DNA of 64,000 bases from Malacoraja senta (lineage: Eukaryota), in the NCBI GenBank assembly GCA_038087875.1, contig CM075997.1, positions 7,628,001 to 7,692,000 on the forward strand, read 5' to 3'. Position 1 is the stretch's first letter, and the number at the start of each line of letters is the position of its first letter. Both the position numbers and the translations under genes were made by a program. Below are positions 1-10,199 of this stretch, piece after piece. The notes beneath the pieces are model-generated. The model searched no databases, was not told the DNA's origin, and saw only the letters and a list, made by a program, of their open reading frames with translations.

Positions 1-610
1 CCGAGAACACTGATGCCATTATTAAGAACGCACATCTACTTCCTGAGAAGATTACGGAGAGTCGGTTTGTCAAGGAGGACTCTCTCTAACTTCTACAGGT
101 GCACAGTAGAGAGCATGCTGACCGGTTGCATCGTGGCTTGGTTCGGCAACTTGAGCGCCCTGGAGAGGAAAAGACTAAAACAAGTAGTAAACACTGCCCA
201 GTCCTTCATCGGCTCTGACCTCCCTTTCATCGAGGAGATCTATCACAGTCGCTGCCTCAAAAAGGCTGGCAGTATCATCAAGGACCCACACCATCCTGGC
301 TGCACACTCATCTCCCTACTACCTTCAGGTAGAAGGTACAGGAGCCTGAAGACTGTAACGACCAGGTTCAGGAATAGCTACTTCCCCACAGCCATCAGGC
401 TATTACACCTGGTTCGGACAAAACACTGACCTTTATTAGCCAATTAACAGTTATTTGCACTTTATCAGTATATTGATTCATGTGTGTATATATTTATAGA
501 ATGCCTTGTAGTCAATGCCTACTATTTTCTGTTGTGCTGAAGTAAAGCAATAATTAACATTGTCCTATCAGGGACACATGACAATAAACTCACTTTACTT
601 GACTTGACTT
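1..610 (+). mobile_element. Rex1/Babar-type non-LTR retrotransposon, 3' end
   Basis: ORF 13..429 (YFLRRLRR...FYRCTVESMLTGCIVAWFGN...IIKDPHHP...LLPSGRRYRS) is the typical post-RT C-terminus of Rex1/Babar. It is followed by AATAAA and a (CTTGA)n tail near 584-610. Confidence 0.8.
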
Positions 611-655
611 CATTTTCGCCTTCTAGAAGCAAGCATAACTAGGTTATTAATATTA

Positions 656-1674
656 TTAAAACACTGGTTTTAGTTTAAAGTCGTGCCGTGCGCACCAAAC
701 CCTTAACATCAGGCATGATACCCAGTATATAGTCCAAAACATATCAGTCCACAGCTTTGATAGCATGAAACGCCTTCCTCCATATCTGAACAACTCATGG
801 ATGCGTTGTAACAACAATGTTGAAGTGTCAAAATCCTTCGAGAGAATAATAGGATTTTTAGCAATAAAGTTCACTGTTAGGTTTGATTTAATTTCCGGAT
901 CATTAGCAGAGATTTCGAATCCCAGTTCAAGCTCTGGCCAATCTCTGTCAGGCTCACACAGAGACTCTAGTTCATTGATCCATTTCTTATCAGTTAAGAA
1001 GCAGTTCTCCGTCAGTTCTCTGGAAACTTCTTCCGCAGGATTTTCTTCTGTGTTAACATATTTCAATTGTGCAACAGTAATAACTCCCAATGCTCTTTCC
1101 ATTGCCAGATAGTCTCTGTCCAAATCCAACAATCTGGTTCCTTTGGATCTTTCATCTAGTGGAATGCTTTCAGAATTGTCGCTGATCCACTTGGAAAGGG
1201 TGAGTTCCCCTTATTGCAGAGGGAAGTCATATATTCTTCTGCTCAGTAGACATGGATTTTAAGCAATCATCCATGTTGTTATTATTCTTCAAAGGGATTC
1301 TTACTTCATGACATTTTGTATTCTCGTCAAACTTGCGTTTCAATGACTGGGGGCGTTGCTCTGCCATACGACAATTCTTCGGCAGATTAACACGTTTTTG
1401 TTTAAAAGGAAAGTCCAGACAATAATGTCTGTCAATCTTTACTGAGTAGTTCATAATATCCATGAACTTCAACTCTTCATTCGACTTCTCTTCAAATTCC
1501 TTGCTGGTATTTTCATTGAAGTCATGATTGTATGGCTTCAACGCCGGCTTTTCTAATTGATCAGTATATATTTGATTAACAGCAATGGTGGGATAGTTCT
1601 TCTGATTCTCGTTTTCATCGTTCCTTTTCAAAGAACCATAGATAACCCATCCAAGTCGTTTTTTTGTAGCATAC
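656..1674 (-). mobile_element. BEL/Pao LTR retrotransposon relic, pol fragments (downstream part)
   Basis: Motifs YATKKRLGWVIYG, MAEQRPQSLKRKF and YVNTEENPAEEVSR (NPAD-xx-SR of Pao RNase H) in disrupted, internally deleted ORFs. Confidence 0.7.
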
Positions 1675-1772
1675 ATAGAAACATAGAAACATAGAAAATA
1701 GGTGCAGGAGTAGGCCATTCGGCCCTTCGAGCCTGCACCGCCATTCAATATGATCATGGCTGATCATCCAAC

Positions 1773-4580
1773 TCAGTATCCCGTACCTGCCTTCTCTCCA
1801 TACCCCCTGAACCCCATAGCCACAAGGGCCACATCTAACTCCCTCTTAAATATAGCCAATGAACTGGCCTCAACTACCCTCTGTGGCAGAGAGTTCCAGA
1901 GATTCACCACTCTCTGTGTGAAAACGTTTTTCCTCATCTCGGTCTTAAAGGATTTCCCCCTTATCCTTAAGCTGTGACCCCTTGTCCTGGACTTCCCCAA
2001 CACCGGGAACAATCTTCCTGCATCTAGCCTGTCCAACCCCATAAGAATTTTGTACGTTTCTATAAGATCCCCTCTCAATCTCCTAAATTCTAGCGAGTAT
2101 AAGCCAAGTCTATCCAGTCTTTCTTCATATGAAAGTCCTGACATCCCAGGAACCAGTCTGGTGAACCTTCTCTGCACTCCCTCTACGGCTATAATGTCCT
2201 TCCTCAAATTTGGAGACCAAAACTGTACGCAATACTCCAGGTGTGGTCTCACCAAGACCCTGTACAACTGCAGTAGAACCTCCCTGCTCCTATACTCAAA
2301 TCCTCTTGCTATGAAGGCCAAAATACCATTCGCTTTCTTCACTGCCTGCTGCACCTGCATGCCTACTTTCAATTACTGGTGTACCATGACACTCAGGTCT
2401 CGCTGCAACTCTCCTTTTCCTAATCGGCCACCATTTAGATAATAGTCTGCTTTCCTGTTTTTGCCACCAAAGTGGAGAACCTCACATTTATCCACATTAT
2501 ACTGCATCTGCCAAACATTTGCCCACTCACCCAGCCTATCCAAGTCACCTTGCAGTCTCCTAGCATCCTCCTCACAGCTAACACTGCCCCCCAGCTTAGT
2601 GTCATCCGCAAACTTGGAGATGTTGCTTTCAATTCCCACGTCCAGAACATTAATATAAATTGTAAATAGCTGGGGTCCCAGCACTGAGCCTTGCGGTACC
2701 CCACTAGTCACTGCCTGCCATTGTGAAAAGGACCCGTTTACTCCTACTCTTTGCTTCCTGTTTGCCAGCCAGTTCTCTATCCACATCAATACTGAACCCC
2801 CAATACCGTGTGATTTAAGTTTGTATCCTAATCTCTTATGTTGTACCTTGTCGAAAGCCTTCTGAAAGTCCAGATACAACACATCCACTGGTTCTCCCCT
2901 ATCCACTCTACTAGTTACATCCTCGAAAAATTCTATAAGATTCGTCAGACACGATTTACCTTTCGTAAATCCATGCTGACTTTGTCCAATGATTTCACCA
3001 CTTTCCAAATGTGCTGCTATCCCATCTTTAATAACTGACTCTAGCAGTTTCCCCACTACCGATGTTAGACTAACTGGTCTGTGATTCCCCGTTTTCTCTC
3101 TCCCTCCCTTCTTAAGAAGTGGGGTTACGTTTGCTACCCTCCAATCCTCAGGAACTACTCCAGAATCTAAGGAATTTTGAAAAATTATCACTAATGCATC
3201 CACTATTTCTGGAGCTACTTCCTTAAGTACTCTGGGATGCAGCCTATCTGGCCCTGGTGATTTATCGGCCTTTAATCCATTCAATTTACCCAACACCACT
3301 TCCCGACTAACCTGGATTTCACTCAGTTCCTCCATCTCCTTTGACCCGCGGCCCCCTGCTATTTCCGGCAGATTATTTATGTCTTCCTTAGTGAAGACGG
3401 AACCAAAGTAGTTATTCAATTGGTCCGCCATATCCTTGTTCCCCATGATCAATTCACCTGTTTCTGACTGCAAGGGACCTACATTTGTTTTAACTAATCT
3501 CTTTCGCTTCACATATCTATAAAAGCTTTTGCAGTCAGTTTTTATGTTCCCTGCAAGTTTCCTTTCATAATCTATTTTCCCTTTCCTAATTAAGCCCTTT
3601 GTCCTCCTCTGTTGGTCTCTGAATTTCTCCCAGTCCTCTAGTATGCTGCTTTTTCTGGCTAATTTGTACGCATCACCTTTTGCTTTGATACTATCCCTGA
3701 TTTCCCTTGTTATCCACGGATGCACTACCTTCACTGATTTATTATTTTGCCAAATTGGGATGAACAATGTTTGTAGTTCATCCATGCAGTCTTTAAATGC
3801 CTTCCATTGCATATCCACCGTCAACCCTTTTAGAACTAATTGCCAGTCAATCTTGGCCAATTCACGTCTCATACCCTCAAAGTTACCTTTCTTTAAGTTC
3901 AGAACCGTTGTTTCTGAATTAACAATGTCACTCTCCATCCTAATGAAGAACTCAACCATATTATGGTCACTCTTGCCCAAGGGGGCACGCACAACAAGAC
4001 TGCTAACTAACGCTTCCTCATTACTCAATACCCAGTCTAGAATAGCCTGCTCTCTCGTTGGTTCCTCTACGTGTTGGTTTAGATAACTATCCCGCATACA
4101 TTCCAAGAAATCCTCTTCCTCAGCACCCCTGCCAATTTGATTCACCCAATCTATATGTAGATTGAAGTCACCCATTATAACTGTTTTGCCTTTGTTGCAC
4201 GCATTTCTAATTTCCTGTTTGATGCCATCCCCAACTTCACTACTACTGCTAGGTGGCTTGTACACAACACCCACCAGTGTTTCGCAGCTCTACCCATACC
4301 GATTCCACATCCGCCAAGCTAATGTCCTTCCTTTCTATTGCGTTAATCTCCTCTCTAACCAGCAACGCCACCCCACCTCCTTTTCCTTTCTCTCTATCCC
4401 TCCTGAATATTGAATATCCCTGGATGTTCAGCTCCCAGCCTTGGTCACCCTGGAGCCATGTCTCCGTGATCCCAACTATATCATAATCATTAATTGCTAT
4501 CTGCACGTTCAACTCATCCACCTTATTACCAATGCTCCTTGCATTGAGACACAAAGCCTTCAGGCTTGTTTTTACAACGC
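1773..4580 (-). pseudogene. CR1 ORF2 (APE endonuclease + reverse transcriptase), disrupted
   Basis: Motifs CLNARSI, GITETW, MGDFN, SDHN, YLDFQKAFD, GVPQGSVLGP and FADD. There is a frameshift/deletion near 4275 and an in-frame TAA at 2373-2375 (VMVHQ*LKVG). Confidence 0.93.
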
Positions 4581-4871
4581 TCTTACCACTTATACAATTA
4601 TGTTGAAAAGTGGCTCTTTTTGATTTTTGCCCTGGATTTGTCTGCCTGCCACTTTTACTTTTCACCTTGCTACCTATTGCTTCCGCCCGCATTTTACACC
4701 CCTCTGTTTCTCTGCTCACCCATTTAAGAACCCCACCACCTCTTTTTCTCTGTTTATTATTGTTTTCTTCTTCCCCCCCTACATGTTGGGTCTGAGTGCT
4801 TTCCTTCTCTGCCTCCTGCCTCACACACTGTCTAATAGCATTCTCTATTTGAGTCCCTCCCCCCAACCATT

Positions 4872-5833
4872 CTAGTTTAAAGTCTCCCCAGTAGCCTTTG
4901 CAGATCTCCCCGCCAGGATATCGGTCCCCCTCAGGTTCAAGTGCAACCCATCCTTTTTGTACAGGTCGAACCTTCCAGAAAAGAGGTCCCAATGATCCAG
5001 AAATTTTAATCCCTGCCTTCTGCACCAGTCCTTCAGCCACGCATTTATCCTCCACCTCGCTCCATTCCTACTCTCACTGTCGCGTGGCACAGGCAGTAAT
5101 CCCGAGATTGTTACCTTTGCTGTCCTTTTCTTTACCTCCCCTCCTAACTCCCTAACTTCTCCTTTCAGGACCTCTTCTCTTTTTTACCTATGTCATTGGT
5201 ACCTATATGTGCCACGACCTCGGGCTCCTCTCCCTGCCCTTTCAGGATATCTTGGACACGTTGAGACACATCACAGACCCTGGCACCAGGGAGGCAAACT
5301 ACCATCCGGGTCTCCCGACTGCGTCCACAGAATCGCCTGTCTGACCCCCTAACTATAGAGTCCCCTATTAGTATTGCCCTCCTCTTCTTTTCCTTGCCCT
5401 TCTGAGCAACAGGGCCTGTCTCTATACCGGAGGCCCGGCCGCTGTCACTATTCCCAGGTAGGCTGTCCACCCCAACAGTGCTCAAACAGGAGTACTTATT
5501 GTCAAGGTGTACAGCCACCGGGGTACTCTCTAGTCCCTGCCTGTGCCCCTTGCCTCTCCCAACCGTGATCCACTTGCCTGCCTCCTGTGGTGTTGGAGTG
5601 ACCACATCCCTGTAACTCCTCTCAATGACTTCCTCGCTCTCCCTGACCAGACGGAGGTCATCGAGCTGCTGCTCCAGGTTCCTAATACGGTCCATTAGGA
5701 GCCCCATCTCGATACACCTGGCGCAGAGGTGGACGTCTGGAGGGCTATCAGACTCCATGACTTCCCACATCTGACATCCAGAACAGTAAACTGCCCTGGC
5801 CCTCATACTCCCCTTACCTAGGATACAATACAA
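4872..5833 (-). pseudogene. CR1 ORF1 (CxxC zinc finger + SGNH/GDSL esterase-like domain), frameshifted
   Basis: CSGCQMW...CARC, LIGDSIVRG and HIGTNDIG in 5165..5833. DGLHLN continues in 4872..5090. Confidence 0.88.
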
Positions 5834-5972
5834 AACAAACTGCTACAATACAAAACAAACTGCTACAATACAAAACAAACTGCTACAATACAAGACAAAC
5901 TGCTACAATACAAAACAAACTGCTACGATACAAAACAAACTGCTACAATACAAAACAAACTGCTACAATACA
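5824..5972. repeat. 20-bp tandem repeat (TACAATACAAAACAAACTGC), ~7 copies, in the CR1 5'UTR
   Basis: Direct reading of the sequence. Confidence 0.9.
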
Positions 5973-5976
5973 GTAC

Positions 5977-6050
5977 AATCAGCAGGGATCTGACTCCCAA
6001 TCAGCTGGGATCTGACTCCCAATCAGCTGGGATCTGCCTCCCAATCAGCT
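5977..6050. repeat. 22-bp tandem repeat (AATCAGCTGGGATCTGACTCCC), ~3 copies
   Basis: Direct reading of the sequence. Confidence 0.85.
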
Positions 6051-6138
6051 GCTCCCTCTTGTCTGCTTCCACCAATCAACGGCTTCCTCAAGCCCACTTG
6101 TTTTTGAAGTGGAACTTGTAACGTTGCCGATTTTGGCA

Positions 6139-6319
6139 CTCTGTAAGGAACAAGCAAGCCCCGCGCTCCACTTTAACTACTACCGCTCGGGTGTAGCTCC
6201 TCCCTCTGCGACCGCTCCAACGGCTCTCGGGCCTCTGTAAGGAACAAGCAAGCCCCGCGCTCCACTTTAACTACTACCGCTCGGATGTAGCTTCTCCCTC
6301 TGCGACCGCTCCAACGGCT
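6139..6319. repeat. Two 87-bp direct repeats (period 94) at the CR1 5' end
   Basis: CTCTGTAAGG...CCAACGGCT occurs at 6139-6225 and 6233-6319. Confidence 0.9.
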
Positions 6320-7790
6320 ACGGTCCATCACCTTGGCTCCTAACAATAAGTATAGGTTCCAATGCCTTCAAATCATTCGTTCCGATAAGTTCATCAACGC
6401 TAGAATTTATTTCAGATATTTTGACATCCTTCAGGTAAGGCCATTGTTTCAAGTATTCATGTCTTGGTATATTTTGACGAATAACAGGCATAGTTCCATG
6501 CGTAAACACTTCAGATATTGGTATAAAATTATCTTCCTCCAAACTGGATATCTCCATACTCGTAATGTAATGACTCCTGCTCTCCTTATCTATATTCATG
6601 GTACGTAATCGAATCTTAGTCTCTTTTCCTGTGATGTTCAGCATTCTCGTCAGGTTTTTTGTGCATAAGTTAGTCGAGCTTACGTGATCCAGAAAAGCAT
6701 ATGTTTGCAACACTGTATATGCCTTGCTAATCCTCACCTCTACTGGTAAGATAGAAAAGATACAAGTTTCTACCCAGGCCCAATATGAGCAGTTACTTGA
6801 GGCAAGGTGATAGCATCACTAGTAGTTGGCTTCTTCTTCTGTTCTGTTTGCTCCGATTCCTCCTCTTCTATTTGCTCTGGTAGCTCGTCATCTATTTGTT
6901 CCAGTTCTTCCTCTTCCCAATGCTCTGCTAGCTCTTCTTCAGTTTGAAGTGCTTCAGGATGATATTGTTTGCACGTATAACAAATCATAGGACTCTTAAA
7001 ATCTCTCACCATATGTCCTTTTTTGAAACATCCAAAATATAAGCCCTTCTATTTCAAGAAATCCATCTTATCTTCATATCCTTTCATCTTAAATCTTCCA
7101 CACCATCTTATGGTGCGACCAACTTCATCACATAACAAACAAAATACTATTTGCTTGCTAGTAGATACATTTCCTTTCATTCCATCTGTCGTTTCCACAG
7201 GTATGGTTGTGATAGCAAAGCTGCTTCTCATAGGTTCTGATATTTCTTCAGTTTTGGTAAAGGTAGAAACTTTGTTAGTTGCAATTAGTTGCAATTATCT
7301 CGTAGTGTCCTTTCTTCTTCCATTCTGGCACCTTGCTGTCTCGCACTTCCAGCTGTTAAGCGCGTAAATTATGGTATACTTTCAGATAACCACTCCTCCG
7401 CCTCATCCATGAAACCATTGAATTTCTTCACCCTGTCTTCCCACCACTGGGTGTCTTATGCGTTCTACCCGAGACGGCTGTGAACACAGCAGCACATATT
7501 GTTTCTTTCCTACCTCTTAGCAGAGGTCCAATAGTTCGCTCATATTAGATTTCACTTTGATCGCGTTCTGTACTGATTTCATTAGTTTGTTCTGTTTCTC
7601 AGTTAATCTGGTAACCTGTTTCGGCAATGTGCTTCTCTCCTTCTCGGTTTCTTTCAGGTAGGCCGCTTGTGTATTATCTGTTTCTTCTCGATACATGAGT
7701 TCTCTGTAGCTATCAATTGATTCGTTAACTTGTTCCCATATCGCGTTTTCTTCCTGCCTCCACCGCCCTCCGAGACACCGCCGCCAACAT
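6319..7790 (-). mobile_element. BEL/Pao relic, gag and aspartic-protease region (upstream part)
   Basis: Zinc-knuckle remnant CYTCKQYHPEAL, protease-like TYAFLD, and QWPYLKDV...LIGTN...RSQGDGP. The frame continues into YATKKRLGW on the far side of the CR1. Confidence 0.72.
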
Positions 7791-7803
7791 TTGAATCCGA
7801 AGG

Positions 7804-7861
7804 TACACAAAAATGCTGGAGAAACTCAGCGGGTGCAGCAGCATCTATGGAGCGAAGGAAA
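7804..7861 (-). mobile_element. Short Penelope-derived terminal fragment flanked by a 12-bp duplication
   Basis: ACACAAAAATGCTGGAGAAACTCAGCGGGTGCAGCAGCATCTATGGAGCGAAGG is the reverse complement of 35294-35348 in the Penelope 3' region. TGAATCCGAAGG occurs at 7792-7803 and 7862-7873. Confidence 0.75.
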
Positions 7862-9080
7862 TGAATCCGAAGGGTTGGGCCTTCTGAAAACCGAACCAGG
7901 TTCGCTTAAAATGATCTACCGACGACAAAGCCATGCCGACTTACCCTATAGAAATGCGAGTAAATCCTATCCCGGAGAAATTTCTCAAATAGTTTCCATG
8001 CCAGTGATGTTAGAGTCACCGTCCATTAAATTTTTGGATTATCTCTATTTCCCTTCTTGAACAAAGGAATATCATTGGCTGCTCCTTTGTCCTCCGAGGC
8101 ATCGCCTGTGGCTGGAGACAATCTTCGTTAAGGTCCTGCAGTCTTTTCACTTCCCGCTGTCTATAACATGGAATAGACACCATCGGGCTTTGCGCATGTA
8201 TGCACCTTCAAGATTCCCAAGACCACCTTCTTGAATTCAAACTGCCCTCGCATATTAGTATTATAATAGTATTATAATTATATTGTATTTCTTGCATCTC
8301 TACACATGGCGCTTCAGTGGAGTAATAATGCAGTCGACCCGTGTCAACCCGTCGGAATATTCACCCTGATTGTTGTAGCTACCCTTCCGTACATTTTGTA
8401 TACCTTTCTAGCGCATCTAAAAATAATAATCCCTGGGCAGTTGCGATGCTACACCAGTCCTCCGCTCAACTTAGTCTCTGCAATGGCCACGACGTTATAG
8501 TTCCAAGCACTGATCCAGGCTATAAATTCGTCTACTTTACCCACGCTGCGCATTGCGTTGCAATAAATGCGATCGGGTTGCGGCGTAAGTTACAGAATAA
8601 CTATATTTCATGTATTTACGAAAAATAACTTTGAAACATATTTTTGTAAAACAGTTTGATTTATGTAAGGCATGATCATGATTTGATTGGGAAGTTTATT
8701 TGTTTGCAAATACTTACTGTAAAAACGTTAGTGTAAAATTCATCAATATCGGTGGAACTTACGGCAAACAATTCTTGTTCAGCATTTCCACAGGAAAGCC
8801 TCCCCACCGCGTCGAACATCGGAAATTTCATTCTCGTCCATCAATTTTACCCTGTATATTGACGAACGGATTTTTACATCTTTCTGCTCCCGCTTTCTTT
8901 CAAATTTCGAAACAAACTAGGGCATATCCCAACATGTCCAGATGATTTGTTCTTGAGTTACAGATTAACACCTTCTCTGTGTCTATTCACACCGTTGCCC
9001 TTCCCATTCAACCAAGCATGTCATCCCGTCCTATCGAACAAACAGACGGAGTTTTTTTTTAACAGTGGGTGATGATGAAA

Positions 9081-9740
9081 GGCCTGTCCCACTTGGGCCG
9101 TCACTTATGATACAGGCCGGTAGTAACTGACGCGCGACGGACCCGCGAGAGTCACGCGCGTCATCATGCGTCCGCACAGCCGTCTGGAGCGCGTGACGTC
9201 ATTTGAAGATAGACACAAAATGCAGGAGTAACTCAGCGGGACCGGCAGCACCTCTGGAGGAAAAGAATGGATGATGTTTCGGTTCGAGACTCTTCTTCAG
9301 TCTGAAAGGAGGGTCTTGACCCGAAATGCACCCATTGCTTCTCTCTAGAGATGCTGCCGTTCCCGCTGAGTTACTCCAACATTTGGTGTCTATCTTCAAT
9401 CTTCTTGGCCCCGCTCTGGGAGTAGGATTGGGGGCGGATCCGGATGTGCAACGGCCGTGAGCCCCAGGGCGTGCTTGGTGATCGTTTGCCTGCTTCTGCT
9501 GCTGCTGGAGGTGAAACGTTGCGCCGGGCCAGGGTCTTGGGCCTCAGCCACTTTGGCCGTCAGTTACGCGACAGGCCGGTGGCGCGCGAAGATTTCGTTC
9601 AGGACGAATTCTACAGTCCTCCACGCCACGCCACACTCATCCACACTATTCCATGCGCCATTCCCGCGCTACCCACGCGCTACCCATACGCTAGCAGGTC
9701 GCGTAAATGGCGCGCGAAGGACACCCAAGTTGGACAAGGC
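9081..9740. mobile_element. Non-autonomous DNA transposon (MITE, PIF/Harbinger-like ends), CpG-rich
   Basis: Left end GGCCTGTCCCACTTGGG; decayed inverted right end CCCAAGTTGGACAAGGC (~9724-9740). No coding capacity. Confidence 0.5.
9203..9399. mobile_element. Palindromic Penelope-derived non-autonomous element
   Basis: TTGAAGATAGACAC...GTGTCTATCTTCAA forms a ~197-bp imperfect inverted repeat. The arms resemble the Penelope 3' region at 35255-35350. Confidence 0.8.
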
Positions 9741-9984
9741 AATATGGAACACGATGCGAGCGGCCATATTTGCAGCTGGTACAATAACAACATGCAGCAT
9801 GTATTTCGACAGGCATATAGTTAGGAAATATTTACCGGGATGTGCGACACACGAAGAACATTGGACCAGCGTAGATTGGACATTTTCGCCGGCATGGACA
9901 GCACGGAAATGGCCCTTCGGCTCACCGAGTCCGCGCCAGCCGCCGATCATCCCTTAACTCTCGTGCGATAGTAGTCAGTTTCGC

Positions 9985-10189
9985 ATACACTCCCTACAAA
10001 ATTGGGGCCATTTGCAGTCGCAAATTAGCCTAGGAACTCACACGTCAATGGAAGTGGAGTAACGGGACGTATCTCACGCGGTCTAAAACGTGGATACTCT
10101 GCACAGATGGCACCAGAGTTTAAGATCGATCCGGAGTTCCCGGAGCTCTGAGGCATCCACTCTACTAGCTGCACCACTGTGCTGTGGCC
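9985..10189 (-). mobile_element. tRNA-derived SINE (HE1/V-SINE-like), decayed
   Basis: Head GCACAGTGGTGCAGCTAGTAG (A-box-like) and GGATCGATC (B-box-like), followed by the central GGTGCCATCTGTGCAGAGT...CACGTT. Confidence 0.6.
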
Positions 10190-10199
10190 TATGACTCTC

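Larger units (their letters stand above)
1675..6318 (-). mobile_element. CR1 LINE, near full length (5'UTR, ORF1, ORF2, 3' tail), inactivated
   Basis: Contains ORF1 with zinc finger and esterase, ORF2 with APE and RT, and a (TTCTATGT)n tail at 1675-1698. Flanked by TAC on both sides (1672-1674, 6319-6321). Confidence 0.95.

Noticed and set aside
9444..9957. 166-aa ORF with a signal-peptide-like start
   Set aside because: It has a non-ATG start, lies within a CpG-rich MITE and shows no domain features.
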